Shown piece by piece: positions 33,101-45,903 of a DNA stretch of 64,000 nucleotides. Position 1 is the first letter of the stretch. The number at the start of each line of letters is the position of its first letter. The translations under genes and the position numbers were made by a program. The notes under the pieces were generated by a model that saw nothing but the letters and a program-made list of their open reading frames with translations, did no database searches and had not been told where the DNA came from. Where the stretch lies: contig OZ241826.1 in the NCBI GenBank assembly GCA_965202585.1, positions 26,846,001 to 26,910,000 of the forward strand, read 5' to 3'. Source of the DNA: Thalia democratica (taxonomy: Eukaryota).

Positions 33101-34008
33101 TTTAAGGTAATTTTAGTTTGTATATATACTCAAACAATAAAGTTTGTACAAAAGAAACAACAATTAAAATATTAAACCAAATGATTGCTACAAATGCTAC
33201 TTCTAGTAAAATCATGAAGTTTCGCACAAAATCTTATAACAAACTTGTGTAATTTTTTTTTTGTTTGCATTTAAATTACAGTGAACTGCATGTAAATCCA
33301 TATGAGCTATCCTAAATCCGAAAACAATCATTTACACAAATTACTTTTGTAAACGACTTAAATAACCGATCAATAAGTTAATTTTTCAACGAAAGATTGA
33401 AATCATTATTAACATAGAGCTTAAAATTATTCTTTATACAAGCTGAGTTTACTTGTACATATAATTTTTTTAGATTAAACGTTATATCTATTTAGCAGAA
33501 CGTAACATCGAAAAGAATAAAGAATTTGTTCATAATTAAAACTTTCACGTCAATTTTAATTTACTTATTAGAGCTCGAGATTTTTCAACTTTTGTGGTGT
33601 TTTTAAATACTTAAAGTAAATTGCCTTTTTATTTATAATTGTATACGGGCTGAATATTCTACACATGTGTCGCTGATTGGCTGATCTATTTTCATAGAGA
33701 TAAAGCTATCCAACCGTAAATTTTGATGCTGTTTATCATATTTTGGAGCCACAAGTTGTTACAAGTTAGCAAAAGACTTAGTTTAAAATTTAAAAGTATG
33801 TTCTCAAATATTAAACCTTACTAGTTTCAGAAATTTGTATACAATTTAACTGTAATACATCTGTAGGATGAGAGAAAGTTATTAAATAATAATTTAACTT
33901 AGGATTATTTATTTTTACTGCTAATATAAGGTTATGAGTGGTGGGGTTCATTATTTTGGTTTAAAAATTCACAGTAATTACCTAGGATGAAGTTGCACCA
34001 ATGTCAAG
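26028..34008 (-). CDS. Multi-exon gene: ILEI/PANDER (GG-type) domain + CCP/sushi-like + possible Ig-like segment; 5' end not found
   Basis: Exons 34008-33982 (tentative), 32682-32657, 32347-32184, 31851-31677, 30970-30824, 30048 or 29998 to 29901 (uncertain), 28109-28018, 27148-27015, 26544-26429, 26205-26028, with GT-AG and matching phases. IEVRSA..IWVNG..RGHNIVEIN..FDTY..MVVFL..IVLMAIQD..FGS..YRTPFALITRK follows the ILEI/FAM3 pattern. Confidence 0.8.
28018..28109 (-). CDS. CCP/sushi-like exon (YAPYSIPTDYKCDRYGKWWPRPWECPKCES)
   Basis: tacag acceptor, GTTAGT donor; C-x3-G-x-W-x6-C spacing. Confidence 0.75.
30824..30970 (-). CDS. ILEI domain C-terminal exon (YRTPFALITRKIPDG...SRFRFE)
   Basis: aacag acceptor, GTGAGT donor, 147 nt, phase 1-1. 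Confidence 0.85.
31677..31851 (-). CDS. ILEI/PANDER domain exon (ADNMVVFLMKVKMNSIVLMAIQD...CPFTM)
   Basis: tttcag acceptor, GTTAGT donor, 175 nt. Confidence 0.88.
32184..32347 (-). CDS. ILEI/PANDER domain exon (SYDIEVRSARYNCQIWVNG...FDTYASESE)
   Basis: 164 nt, GC3-rich, caag acceptor, GTGAAT donor; this frame is not in the ORF track. Confidence 0.88.
32657..32682 (-). CDS. 26-nt microexon (EKVPLAPD) of the ILEI gene
   Basis: poly-T gcag acceptor, GTTAGT donor, phase fits the next exon. Confidence 0.7.
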
Positions 34009-35267
34009 CTGAAATTATATTGAATTTAATGTTTTTCTAACTATTATTTTAGGCTAAAAATCAATGTTTTATGCTAACTATGTTTAGCTTGAAGTATACT
34101 TTGTTTTAAACAAGATTTAAATACATAGTGAGAATAAAATTTATTTATGACAAACTAAAGTATTCGATTGATTATGTTTTACAATATCATAATCAATATA
34201 AAAAATTGAAAAGATTTAATTGCTTTATATTGTTTAATGAAAGCAATTATATATTTAAGTTTTATTAATTTATGATATATAACTCAATTTATGTACTTAT
34301 AAATATAAACTTTTAGCCAAAAATTATAGTTAAGAATACATCAAATACAATATAATTTCAGTTAGATATTGGTGCAACATTAAACTAGATAATTATAAAA
34401 TTCACATTAGCTTTTATGTAATAAAATATATATAGGATTGCCACTTACTAATGAGCTCAGAGAAATTTTAACTAATAGAAAATCTCAGGGAAACTCACAA
34501 AAATTTTAACTTTTTAAACTTTGGGAAACTCAAAGCAGTTTTAAGATTTTTAAGAAAACCTCAGGAATTTTTTTAAAATAGTTTATTAAAAATATTTAAG
34601 GATTTGAAAAAATACTCTGGTAAGGTTAAGGTTACTCACAGAAGATTTTATGACTTAAAGAGTAGCAAACAAGTATATATTAGGATTTAATTTATATAAT
34701 TTCTTGAAGTATTAGCTTATAATATTTACAGTTATAGTTAGTTTTAATTAAGTTCAGGTTAAATGTATAAAATAATGTTCACAGGGTAATTTAGGCCTCT
34801 GATTGTTTTTAAAACTTTGTTTTGGATCTAAAACATTGCTTGAACAACAGATATCTAATTTGCCACAAGAACTTTTTTTAAGGGTATAGGAGGTTAAAAG
34901 CCAATCACTTCCATGTTTTTGTTTATTTATATAACTATGATTCTTCCATTAAATAAGCAAAAGGAAATTACAGTTGAGGCCAGGGGGTTACATACATGTA
35001 TGATACTCACTAAATTTTTAAAACATATATGTTTTATATTTAAAGAGTATCTTTAAGAAGTACGCATCAGTGTAAGGTACGCACAAATTTTTCAAAATAT
35101 CTATCTATTACACTCAAAGAGTATCTTTGAGAAGTATGCATTTGTGTAAGGTAAGAATAAACTTAGGGGCATAGGGCGGTTAAAACACTTTTTTTTGAAA
35201 TAAATATTAGTTAAAGGTCAGTTATTCATTAAGAAAAAGTGTAACCCCCCTGTATAAATAAATTTAG

Positions 35268-35913
35268 GGGCATAGGGGGGTTTAAACACTTTTTTCGTAA
35301 TGTGATCTTGTTATGTATAGTTTTTGTTAAGCTACAAGTTGCTTTTTACAGACTCTAAAAATTCAAAACATTTTTTGAGATATAGCCGGTCAAATTCGGA
35401 GGCAACAATAGGTTTCATATGGGAGGCACAACTAAAACAGCAAATAACTAGAATTCACTAAAGATATATCTCCTAGCATTTTTGAAATTACTATCACAAA
35501 TTTTCAGGAAATGTTCCTTGCAACATTTGAAAATACTGGTGCAAGGAATTATTAAAATTTTTAAAAATATATGTATAAAATAAAACAATTTTTTTTTGTT
35601 TTTTTTGTTATAATATTTTTGTTTTTTTTCGTAAAAGACTTTTCTAAACATTGCAAGGAACATTTCTTATAAATTTGAGGTAGTTATCTCAAAAAACCTA
35701 GGAGAAGATATATTCTTAGTGAATTCTAGTTATTTGCTGTTTTAGTTGTGCCTCCCATAAAGAACCTATTGTTGCCTCCGACTTTGACCGGCTATATCTC
35801 AAAGATTGATTTGAATTAATTTTTTAAATCTGTAAATAGCATCTTTTAGCTCAGTAAAAACTATATAAAATAAGATCACATTCTAAAAAAAGTGTTTTAA
35901 CCCCACTATGCCC
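35268..35913. mobile_element. Symmetric fold-back MITE of the same family (long inverted arms)
   Basis: GGGCATAG ... CTATGCCC|TTAA; arms pair over roughly 250-300 bp. Confidence 0.85.
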
Positions 35914-36056
35914 TTAAACTTATCCTTATCTTACACGGATGTGTACTTCTTAAAGATACTCTTTGAATGTAATAGATAAATAATAATTGGCTTTTTATTT
36001 ATGTTTTATAATTATATGTGGTTACTTACATAATTATATAAATAAATAAAAATATG

Positions 36057-36133
36057 GAAGTGGTGGGCTTTGAACCCTAACACAGGTGTTTCTGAGCAAA
36101 AAATACACTGCCTTGACCACTCGTCCATGTTAC
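36057..36133 (-). mobile_element. tRNA(Ser/Leu)-derived SINE head or degenerate tRNA
   Basis: A-box-like TGGACGAGTGGTCAAGGC, B-box-like GGTTCAAAGCCC; cloverleaf not intact. Confidence 0.55.
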
Positions 36134-39100
36134 TTGTGCTAAAGTAGCACATTTTGCGTTTATTAATGTAAAATTTTTAACAATTTTTCAAAAGTTTTTG
36201 CATTGAAATTTATTCATAAATACTAATTCAATAAAAGTATGATAACATAATTAATTATGTACCTATTTTGTTAACATAACAAAACAACTAAACTAATTTA
36301 ATCATTATATTTAATCAAGTATAATACTTGCTATTTAAAAAAATACAAAACAACAAAACAAAAATTATACGTAATACACACAACAAGTTAATACATAAAA
36401 CAAAGAAGATAATTGACTTACTTAAACTAAATAAAAGTGATAGTTACTTTAATTTAAACTGTTATGCCTAAGTATAAGCTTAATATTTTAAACTACAATT
36501 AATAAAATCCTACGCCTACCCCTTACACTCATTTTATTTCTAAACTTTATAGATCTCATAAAATTTACTCCTTTATTAAACTAACTCTCAATTATTTTTA
36601 GAGCTTTGTTTTTCAATAATTTTAAAACTTTTTCAACTATACTTTTATGTTTATTTTCGCAAAAAAAAACTATTTCAAGTTTATATTAAAAACTTGCTTG
36701 AACATTTTGTTTACTATTTTTTGTTTATATGTGATAAAAATCTCGAATCAAGATGTTTTGTAAGCGTTTTGTATTATTTTTTATTTAAAATTTTGTTTTC
36801 TCTGAGTGTTTTAAATGAAAACAGCTTAAATACAAATGAACAACATTGTTTTAAAGAACAAATAATTAATAAAACTCATTACTAAACGGGTTATCAACCA
36901 ATGAGAATTTAAAGTAAAGTTTTTGATTGTACGAACCTTGATTTAATTCCTTTGGTAAACCTGTTTTGACCATATATTTAATATTCTGTCATTTCAGTAT
37001 TAAAGGGTTATAAGTAGAATTCAAAATGTTTTTAAAGTGTATTCTTGTCTCTTAAAACGTGAAATTTTATTTATACTTAATTTTTTTATAAACTTCTTAC
37101 AAACCATCTTTTAATAATATTTTGATATTTACATACAAAAAATTGATCTATATATGACATTTAAACGACGTTTTAATGTTTATTTTATATACAAAATGTA
37201 CTAAATACCATTGTTTTTATTGAAACTGATTAAGGTATAACGTTTTTAGGTTTTCTTATTTTTTTCTGAGTTAAAACATAAAATTTTAATCACTATTGAT
37301 TATTTTACATTGTTTTACCCAAAAGTACGTTTCTTTTAAATGTTTATTTTAAAATTTACGTAAATTTGGTTTTTTATAGGTAATTATTATAAAAAATTAC
37401 TAATACTTAGTGGTTTATAAAAACACTAATTAAATTATTAAAAACTAACTGTTTTATGTTATATTACTTAAATTAGTTACTTTTCAAGTTAATTTATTAC
37501 ATCAAAGTTTAAAATATTAGAGTTGTTTTAGGTTTTTTATTAACAATATGTTTGCTTTTTTAATGTTATTGCATCATTTTGTCCCTGGTTTTATAATTAT
37601 TTAAAAAGTTTAAAACTTTTTTATGCTTTTTAGCGCTACAAATTTTAAACAAATCAGCGACGCATTGGTGGAATATTCAGCAGATTGTATACCATACTAA
37701 AAAATAATTATCAAAAATTACAACAAAATAGGCGCTAAACAAAATTTTCAAAGGACGCCCAAAACAAAAATAACATCATACTTGTATTATTTTTTGACAA
37801 TTAGTTTTAACTTAGGTTTAATTATACACAATCTGTTTAAATGCATAACAAAAAGCTTACTACAATTTTGTGTTTGATCGGGTCGATTTATGCTGTAAGC
37901 TGTAGTTTGTTCCTGCTATAATGCTTTAACTGTATACTTTATATATAAAAAAAAAACTTGATGTATTAAAAGTTTTAAGTAAAATCGTTAAAAGTTTAGT
38001 TGTTTTTAAGGTAATTGACAAAATAATTTCATAAACCTTAATACAATTAAATTTAAATATTAAATCATATGTTTATAAACCTTATGTATGTTATTTACTC
38101 GTGACTGTACCTTTTAAAGTATCAAAAATGTTTAACAAAGTAAAAGTTTTACACTTTTGTATTTAAAATATTTTAAAATACTAACTTAGTATATGTTAAA
38201 TGAATTTTTTATTTCAAACACATTACGAATGTTATACAATTTTTTTTAGGTTCCCTGAAATATTCCAGCACTTATTCAATACAGTTAAAACCAGGTTAAC
38301 ACAAAATACGATTAAAACTCATCTTTAAATATCAACATATGCGCTAATCGTTCTCTCAAGTGAATTTTTGCGCTTGCAACCAAAACTTACGTATCTATCA
38401 GGGAGCTCGTACCCTAGAAATACCAGTATATAATATATACCAGTATATATAAAAACTGCATTTTCAACCGATTGAAATTGGAACTGCTTAAACAAGAGGA
38501 AGATTACTATATAAATTAGTTCAATAACTCAACACTTTTATAAGCTTAAATAGGAAAAAACGTCTTCTTTAGTTAATTTAATAATCAAAAGGTTATTTTT
38601 TTTGCAATAGGTCCTAGGACCAAGCTTTTGAGTACTTTTTTGTCGTTTTATAAGCTAAAAAATAAAAGTGTTTGGTCTACGACGTGTATTTTAGCTGAAA
38701 AATGTTATGCAGCTAAGTCAAAAGTTCAAGCATTTTATAACAAAAGTTTCTAATTATATTTTTTATAAAGTTTTGTTTTGGTACTGAATTATATTAGAAA
38801 ATTTATAAAAAAATAAAGTTAGTAAAAACTGATTAAGTGTTGTATAAATTTAATTTATGTATAATGACTTTATAAATTTTGCTGAAACTAGTTACCTCAC
38901 AAAAAGTCAAATGTCAAATTCTTTATAATTGTTTGATACAGAATTAAGTTATAATTTAATGATTTAAAGACATTGTTAAAATAAAAAAATATCTATCAAA
39001 GTTAAATTAGTTTTTAAATTATGTTCTTTGCAGCCATTGAAAAAATATTAGAATTTTTATACTTTTTGGTTATTTTGTAGTGCTTTGAGTCTTAATATAA

Positions 39101-39386
39101 ATATTTACTTATGCCTAATTATTAAAACAAATATTTGACTAAGTTGTACTACTTATTCAAATGATGATTCATATAATTGACTTGTATTTTGAATAAAATC
39201 AAAATATAAATAACAACACCAAGTATTACAAAAAAAAATTGATTTCTTAATTTAAGAAAATGCTAAATAAATTTTTAAATGTGTTTTCTAATCTTTTCAA
39301 AAGTTCGGTAATTAAAAAAAACGTTAATTGTCTTCCATATATCATAATTAATATATCTTCAAGATAATAGTTAGTCATCATTAAAT

Positions 39387-42300
39387 TAAAAAGTAACAAA
39401 TTAAAAAGTATATAAACAAGACAATAACTAGTTTAAATAGTTTACCAGGTTAACTGTTTGATGAACGTAAAAAAAAATATTATGCTTTAAAACGTTAAAA
39501 AATTGAAAGAAAAATTAATTTAAAACAAATGTAACTAGTAGAAAAAAAACTAACTATGTGTTTTTAAACTAACACAAATTTAGTTGTAAGTATTTGTTTT
39601 TTATAGTTTGAATGAAGCTAGAATTTTATCATTTCAATAAATTAAGTTTAAAATTTTTTCAAGTTGTATATAAGCTCACTTTATATAAATAAAATTATTT
39701 TTTTTTTATAACACAAACGCACTTACAAAGTTATGCATACATTTTCTAATTACTACTTCATTCTATTTTGCTATCATCAAAAAAAAAAAAAACGCTTAGA
39801 TAGAATAATGTAAAGTAGAGTTTTCATTAGCTTTATTGTTTTTTTTATTCTCAAAAAAAGTAACATTTAACATTTTGAAAAAAAAAAATTTAGTTACTTT
39901 TTACATTTTTCATTTATTTCAAATAAAAAAATTTAAACAAACATATTATTTATTTGGTATCTTTATTTAGTAGAATAAGCGTTCATTACTTTAATATTCA
40001 TAGTTTAAATAAACTGTTAACGTAAGTCATCAAGATCTAAAGTTATCAAATATATAATTTTTGAAAGTCAAAAACAAAAGTTAGACTATTGATATAAATA
40101 AAAATACAATATATTAAGTGTAACATTAATTAAACAAAATAATTTAACTTGAAATATTTAAAAAAAACGCAATTAAATAAAGTAAGATTTATAAATAAAT
40201 TTTGTTCAAGAAAAAAATATTATCGTAACTAAAAAGACTTTTGCACAAACTTTTATTTAGAAAAACATTTTTCCAAAAAATTTTTTAATCAAAACACTTA
40301 TGCTAGACGCTTTCTTTTCTCACTACCTTATGTAAAAATGAATAAGACTTCAAATAGTATTAACAGCTCAAGCAAAAGGTCTGTATTAAAAAAAAAGATA
40401 AGATAGATTCTATTAGTTTAGCATCTATTTAAAGCAATGAGTTTCAAAACAAGTTCTCTTTGAAAAATTTTCAACCAAAATATATGTGTTACTAACAGTA
40501 TCAAAAAACTATTAAATTGTTATATTTAAGTATAGTAATTGAAACATATTTTTATAAGCTAAGGAAAAGTATAACAGCATAAACGTATGTCTATTCAAAC
40601 TTATGAAATTATTATGAAATTGATAATTTAACAATTTTAATTTAATCTGTTCGACTATAAATAAAAAGCACAATACACATAAATAAAAACATTTTATGTT
40701 TAAGGATTACCATACTTACAAACGTTTGTCATAGTCTTTATTAAAAGTAAGTTTGTGCAACTAATAATGCAAGAACTGTTACAATGAAAACCTCCTTTAT
40801 TGTTAACAACTTGTTTTTCAAACACAACCTCAATAACAGTTTTGTTTAACCAAAACTTTTTATTTGTCTCATATAATTCAACAGTTGAGTTTACACATTC
40901 AGTAATGGAATAATTATTGTAACGCAAGATTTCTTTATTTATAATCAACTTGTTTTTTAATGATAAAACTGATAGCTTTAATCTATTTGAAACTTATTAC
41001 TTATAAACAAGCTATTTGTAACAGGTAACTTTAATCAATCAATAATGGAAGAGTTCTTACAACGCAGGGAAACCAACCGAGACGCGGCATTTTTCCCGCA
41101 AGTAATTGCCGCAAGGATATTCGCTTCTAAAAAATAGGCGGGCAAACAAATCGTAAGTTTTAACGAGTTGAAGTGGGGACAAGTCAGCCAGTACAGTAAT
41201 GAGAAGATCGAGTGTGAACGAATCGAGCCGGTTTCGAGTTGCTGTGTTTTGTGTGGTATCCGACACGATTCCGAACTGATCCTCCCGAAGACTGCCGCTC
41301 TGAGAGAAAAAGAAAATCTAAGTGGTAAACAGAAAACTGTAGATGAAGATTTGAGTGCTTGTGAAAGTAGCTCATCTATTTCCAACGTAATCAATCTGCG
41401 AGAAAAAGAACGTTTGAGTGATGAAAAGCAAACTTATAAAAAATATTTGGGTGCTTGTGAAAAAAGCTCACCTATTTTCGACGTAAGTGATGAAAAAACT
41501 ATTGATTTCCAAGAAAAAACTGTAAAAGAAGATTTAAGAGCTTGTGACAATAAAAAGTAACAAATTAAAAAGTATATAAACAAGACAATAACTAGTTTAA
41601 ATAGTTTACCAGGTTAACTGTTTGATGAACGTAAAAAAAAATATTATGCTTTAAAACGTTAAAAAATTGAAAGAAAAATTAATTTAAAACAAATGTAACT
41701 AGTAGAAAAAAAACTAACTATGTGTTTTTAAACTAACACAAATTTAGTTGTAAGTATTTGTTTTTTATAGTTTGAATGAAGCTAGAATTTTATCATTTCA
41801 ATAAATTAAGTTTAAAATTTTTTCAAGTTGTATATAAGCTCACTTTATATAAATAAAATTATTTTTTTTTTATAACACAAACGCACTTACAAAGTTATGC
41901 ATACATTTTCTAATTACTACTTCATTCTATTTTGCTATCATCAAAAAAAAAAAAAACGCTTAGATAGAATAATGTAAAGTAGAGTTTTCATTAGCTTTAT
42001 TGTTTTTTTTATTCTCAAAAAAAGTAACATTTAACATTTTGAAAAAAAAAAATTTAGTTACTTTTTACATTTTTCATTTATTTCAAATAAAAAAATTTAA
42101 ACAAACATATTATTTATTTGGTATCTTTATTTAGTAGAATAAGCGTTCATTACTTTAATATTCATAGTTTAAATAAACTGTTAACGTAAGTCATCAAGAT
42201 CTAAAGTTATCAAATATATAATTTTTGAAAGTCAAAAACAAAAGTTAGACTATTGATATAAATAAAAATACAATATATTAAGTGTAACATTAATTAAACA

Positions 42301-43717
42301 AAATAATTTAACTTGAAATATTTAAAAAAAACGCAATTAAATAAAGTAAGATTTATAAATAAATTTTGTTCAAGAAAAAAATATTATCGTAACTAAAAAG
42401 ACTTTTGCACAAACTTTTATTTAGAAAAACATTTTTCCAAAAAATTTTTTAATCAAAACACTTATGCTAGACGCTTTCTTTTCTCACTACCTTATGTAAA
42501 AATGAATAAGACTTCAAATAGTATTAACAGCTCAAGCAAAAGGTCTGTATTAAAAAAAAAGATAAGATAGATTCTATTAGTTTAGCATCTATTTAAAGCA
42601 ATGAGTTTCAAAACAAGTTCTCTTTGAAAAATTTTCAACCAAAATATATGTGTTACTAACAGTATCAAAAAACTATTAAATTGTTATATTTAAGTATAGT
42701 AATTGAAACATATTTTTATAAGCTAAGGAAAAGTATAACAGCATAAACGTATGTCTATTCAAACTTATGAAATTATTATGAAATTGATAATTTAACAATT
42801 TTAATTTAATCTGTTCGACTATAAATAAAAAGCACAATACACATAAATAAAAACATTTTATGTTTAAGGATTACCATACTTACAAACGTTTGTCATAGTC
42901 TTTATTAAAAGTAAGTTTGTGCAACTAATAATGCAAGAACTGTTACAATGAAAACCTCCTTTATTGTTAACAACTTGTTTTTCAAACACAACCTCAATAA
43001 CAGTTTTGTTTAACCAAAACTTTTTATTTGTCTCATATAATTCAACAGTTGAGTTTACACATTCAGTAATGGAATAATTATTGTAACGCAAGATTTCTTT
43101 ATTTATAATCAACTTGTTTTTTAATGATAAAACTGATAGCTTTAATCTATTTGAAACTTATTACTTATAAACAAGCTATTTGTAACAGGTAACTTTAATC
43201 AATCAATAATGGAAGAGTTCTTACAACGCAGGGAAACCAACCGAGACGCGGCATTTTTCCCGCAAGTAATTGCCGCAAGGATATTCGCTTCTAAAAAATA
43301 GGCGGGCAAACAAATCGTAAGTTTTAACGAGTTGAAGTGGGGACAAGTCAGCCAGTACAGTAATGAGAAGATCGAGTGTGAACGAATCGAGCCGGTTTCG
43401 AGTTGCTGTGTTTTGTGTGGTATCCGACACGATTCCGAACTGATCCTCCCGAAGACTGCCGCTCTGAGAGAAAAAGAAAATCTAAGTGGTAAACAGAAAA
43501 CTGTAGATGAAGATTTGAGTGCTTGTGAAAGTAGCTCATCTATTTCCAACGTAATCAATCTGCGAGAAAAAGAACGTTTGAGTGATGAAAAGCAAACTTA
43601 TAAAAAATATTTGGGTGCTTGTGAAAAAAGCTCACCTATTTTCGACGTAAGTGATGAAAAAACTATTGATTTCCAAGAAAAAACTGTAAAAGAAGATTTA
43701 AGAGCTTGTGACAATAA
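39387..43717. repeat. Exact tandem duplication, 2164-bp unit
   Basis: Constant offset of 2164 (ORFs 40700/42864, 41168/43332); 3-bp TAA microhomology at junction 41551-41553; no differences seen. Confidence 0.95.
41045..41560 (+). pseudogene. Truncated duplicate of the 43209 orphan ORF
   Basis: Identical to 43209-43717 including the TAG (41135-41137); ends NKK* at the duplication junction. Confidence 0.65.
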
Positions 43718-44377
43718 GAGCTCGTCTGGTATTGACCAACCCGATATTGAAGTGATTCAGCCGAAGACCGCTGCTCTGCGGCAACAAATCGACAAAAAAG
43801 ACGTGGGCTTTACAGATGAAAACAGCTCATCTGGTTTGATAGCAAAATTTCAAAAAAGTTCGCTAAGCTTTTGGATGTTATTGAAAAAGATGTGAGTTTC
43901 TATTACACAAAAACCTCCTCTAGTTTTGAAGTGAACATTTCAAACACTCCTGATTTGCAGAATCTTACTAGAAATAAGAAATCGAGTATTACTAGCAAAA
44001 ACAGCTCACCAGATACTGATGCTGACAGCCAGATAATTTCTTCAATGCAGAAACAATCAGAAGACGATATTAATGTTGGTGAAAAAAGTAGCTCACCTAA
44101 TACTGACAGCCTAAGAGCTTCTCTTGATCAGAAACAAAGTGAAGAAGAACTGAGTGTTGGTGACGTTAGTAGCCCGTCTGGTGCTAAGGTGAACAACCAT
44201 ATCATTTCCGATTCGCAGAAACAAGCTAAAAATGAGGGCTTGGGTTTTTACGATGAAATTTCATCTGGCTCCGACGTGAAGATGCCTGAAACTTCTGATT
44301 TGCGGAAGAACATCAAATCAAAAGACTTGAATTGCGGTGATAAAAGCAACTCATTTGGTTCAGGTGTGAACAACTAA
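43209..44377 (+). pseudogene. Orphan Ser/Lys/Glu-rich protein with degenerate ~30-aa repeats (about 389 aa if repaired), disrupted
   Basis: ATG 43209 (MEEFLQRRETNRDAAFFPQVIAARIFASKK), TAG at 43299-43301 in frame with ORF 43332-43895, then a one-base shift at the A6 run 43852-43857 into ORF 43871-44377. Confidence 0.65.
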
Positions 44378-45903
44378 CATAGTTTCGCTCTGTGAAAAGA
44401 ACAAAGAAGTGAGGACTTGTCAAAAGCAATCATCTAATACTGTGTGTGAAGCTGATGTTTGTGGAAATGAAGTATCTAGTTACTTTGTTGATGTTGCATG
44501 TCAAACCTCTATAAATTTTATATAAATTTTTGCGCTTAACTTTTACTTCATGATGCTAAATAAAATTTACTAAGCAAAAACGTATACATTTCTGTTTTGT
44601 TTATAAGAAAAATTTAACTAGTAAAATTTGATAGTAAGTAATCTTAAAAATATCATCATTATTATTGCAAAAAAAAAAAAACTATGAATTTTTTATCACA
44701 TAAATTGTAATATATACTAATAAGATGTTTCAACAGTACATCTTCGCTTATCCGGCCTCACCCTCGCTAATGTATTCTGTTTAAGTTGTTTTATGAACTA
44801 AAATTTCTAAAAACTAATAGCATCTATACATAGTCTAGTGATTTAAAATAAAATTAAATTTTTCATTAGTAGAAATCTATAATGATAAATAATATTTACA
44901 CAGTTTCAAAAGTAGTCCAGTAATATAATTAAATTAGTTGGCTTTTAACTTTTCATTTCTTACATATTATGTTTATTTGAATGTATTAATCTTATATTTT
45001 AAAGAAAGTAATTTTTGTGTTTATAAAACAAAAATAATATTATATTATGTTCAATGCAGCTAAAACGGCGTTGGCTACAAAAATAAAAAATAAAATTAAT
45101 AAGAAAAAAAAAACAGTAATTTTAAGCCAATTAAAAACTACTACAGTTCCTCAAGAAGTTCATTATTACATAACCTGTAATTATGTGTTTTAAATTTTTT
45201 AATCTTAAAACCTTTTTTTTATGAAAGGTATAAAACAAAGAAAAGTTATAAAGTTTATATGAAACTAGAATACTAATAATTCGTGATAATAAACTAAACA
45301 TAGGCTTTTAGTCATACTAATTACTGTTTTCTAAATAGCTTATATAACTATCAACAAAATAGTTTAAAAGGGCTTGTTTTAGCACAATTCAAAGTTAAAG
45401 AGTAGTAAAGCTTTTACTATAGAATAAAAAAATTATTAGTTTTCTACTTGGTTTATTCGTGACAAAAGTTTTCATTGAACTTGAATAAAACATATACCTT
45501 CTAAAAAATTGATGAGTTTGAATGACTTTAAAATGTTTAGTTTTGTATTGTTGCTAACAAATTAATTATACTAAAGTATATTAGTAGCTTTAGACAATTT
45601 AAAGTATTTAAATAATTTAAATTAATTTAAATTTAAATTTAAAGTATTTAAATAATTTTAGTATTTTCTAGATCTCTAGCATTTGACCAAGTTTATATTA
45701 CTGCTATCATAAATAGTTTTCATTCTTTCTATATACTTAAAAAACTTGGTATATACCAAAAACTATGTTATACGATAGTTACTACCAGTTTTATTCTTTT
45801 AAGCCGGCATGCAATTTTAAATATAACAAAACTATTAAGTTACTCGAGCATGCAACCAACATACTTATTTAAACTTACTCAGCCTAATAAATTAATTTTT
45901 CAG

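Noticed and set aside
40700-40948. 82-aa minus ORF (and its duplicate 42864-43112)
   Set aside because: AT-rich, no recognisable motif; recurrence is only due to the tandem duplication.
43844-43858. AAATTTC / AAAAAAG as -1 frameshift signals in the orphan ORF
   Set aside because: Neither heptamer is in the X XXY YYZ phase.
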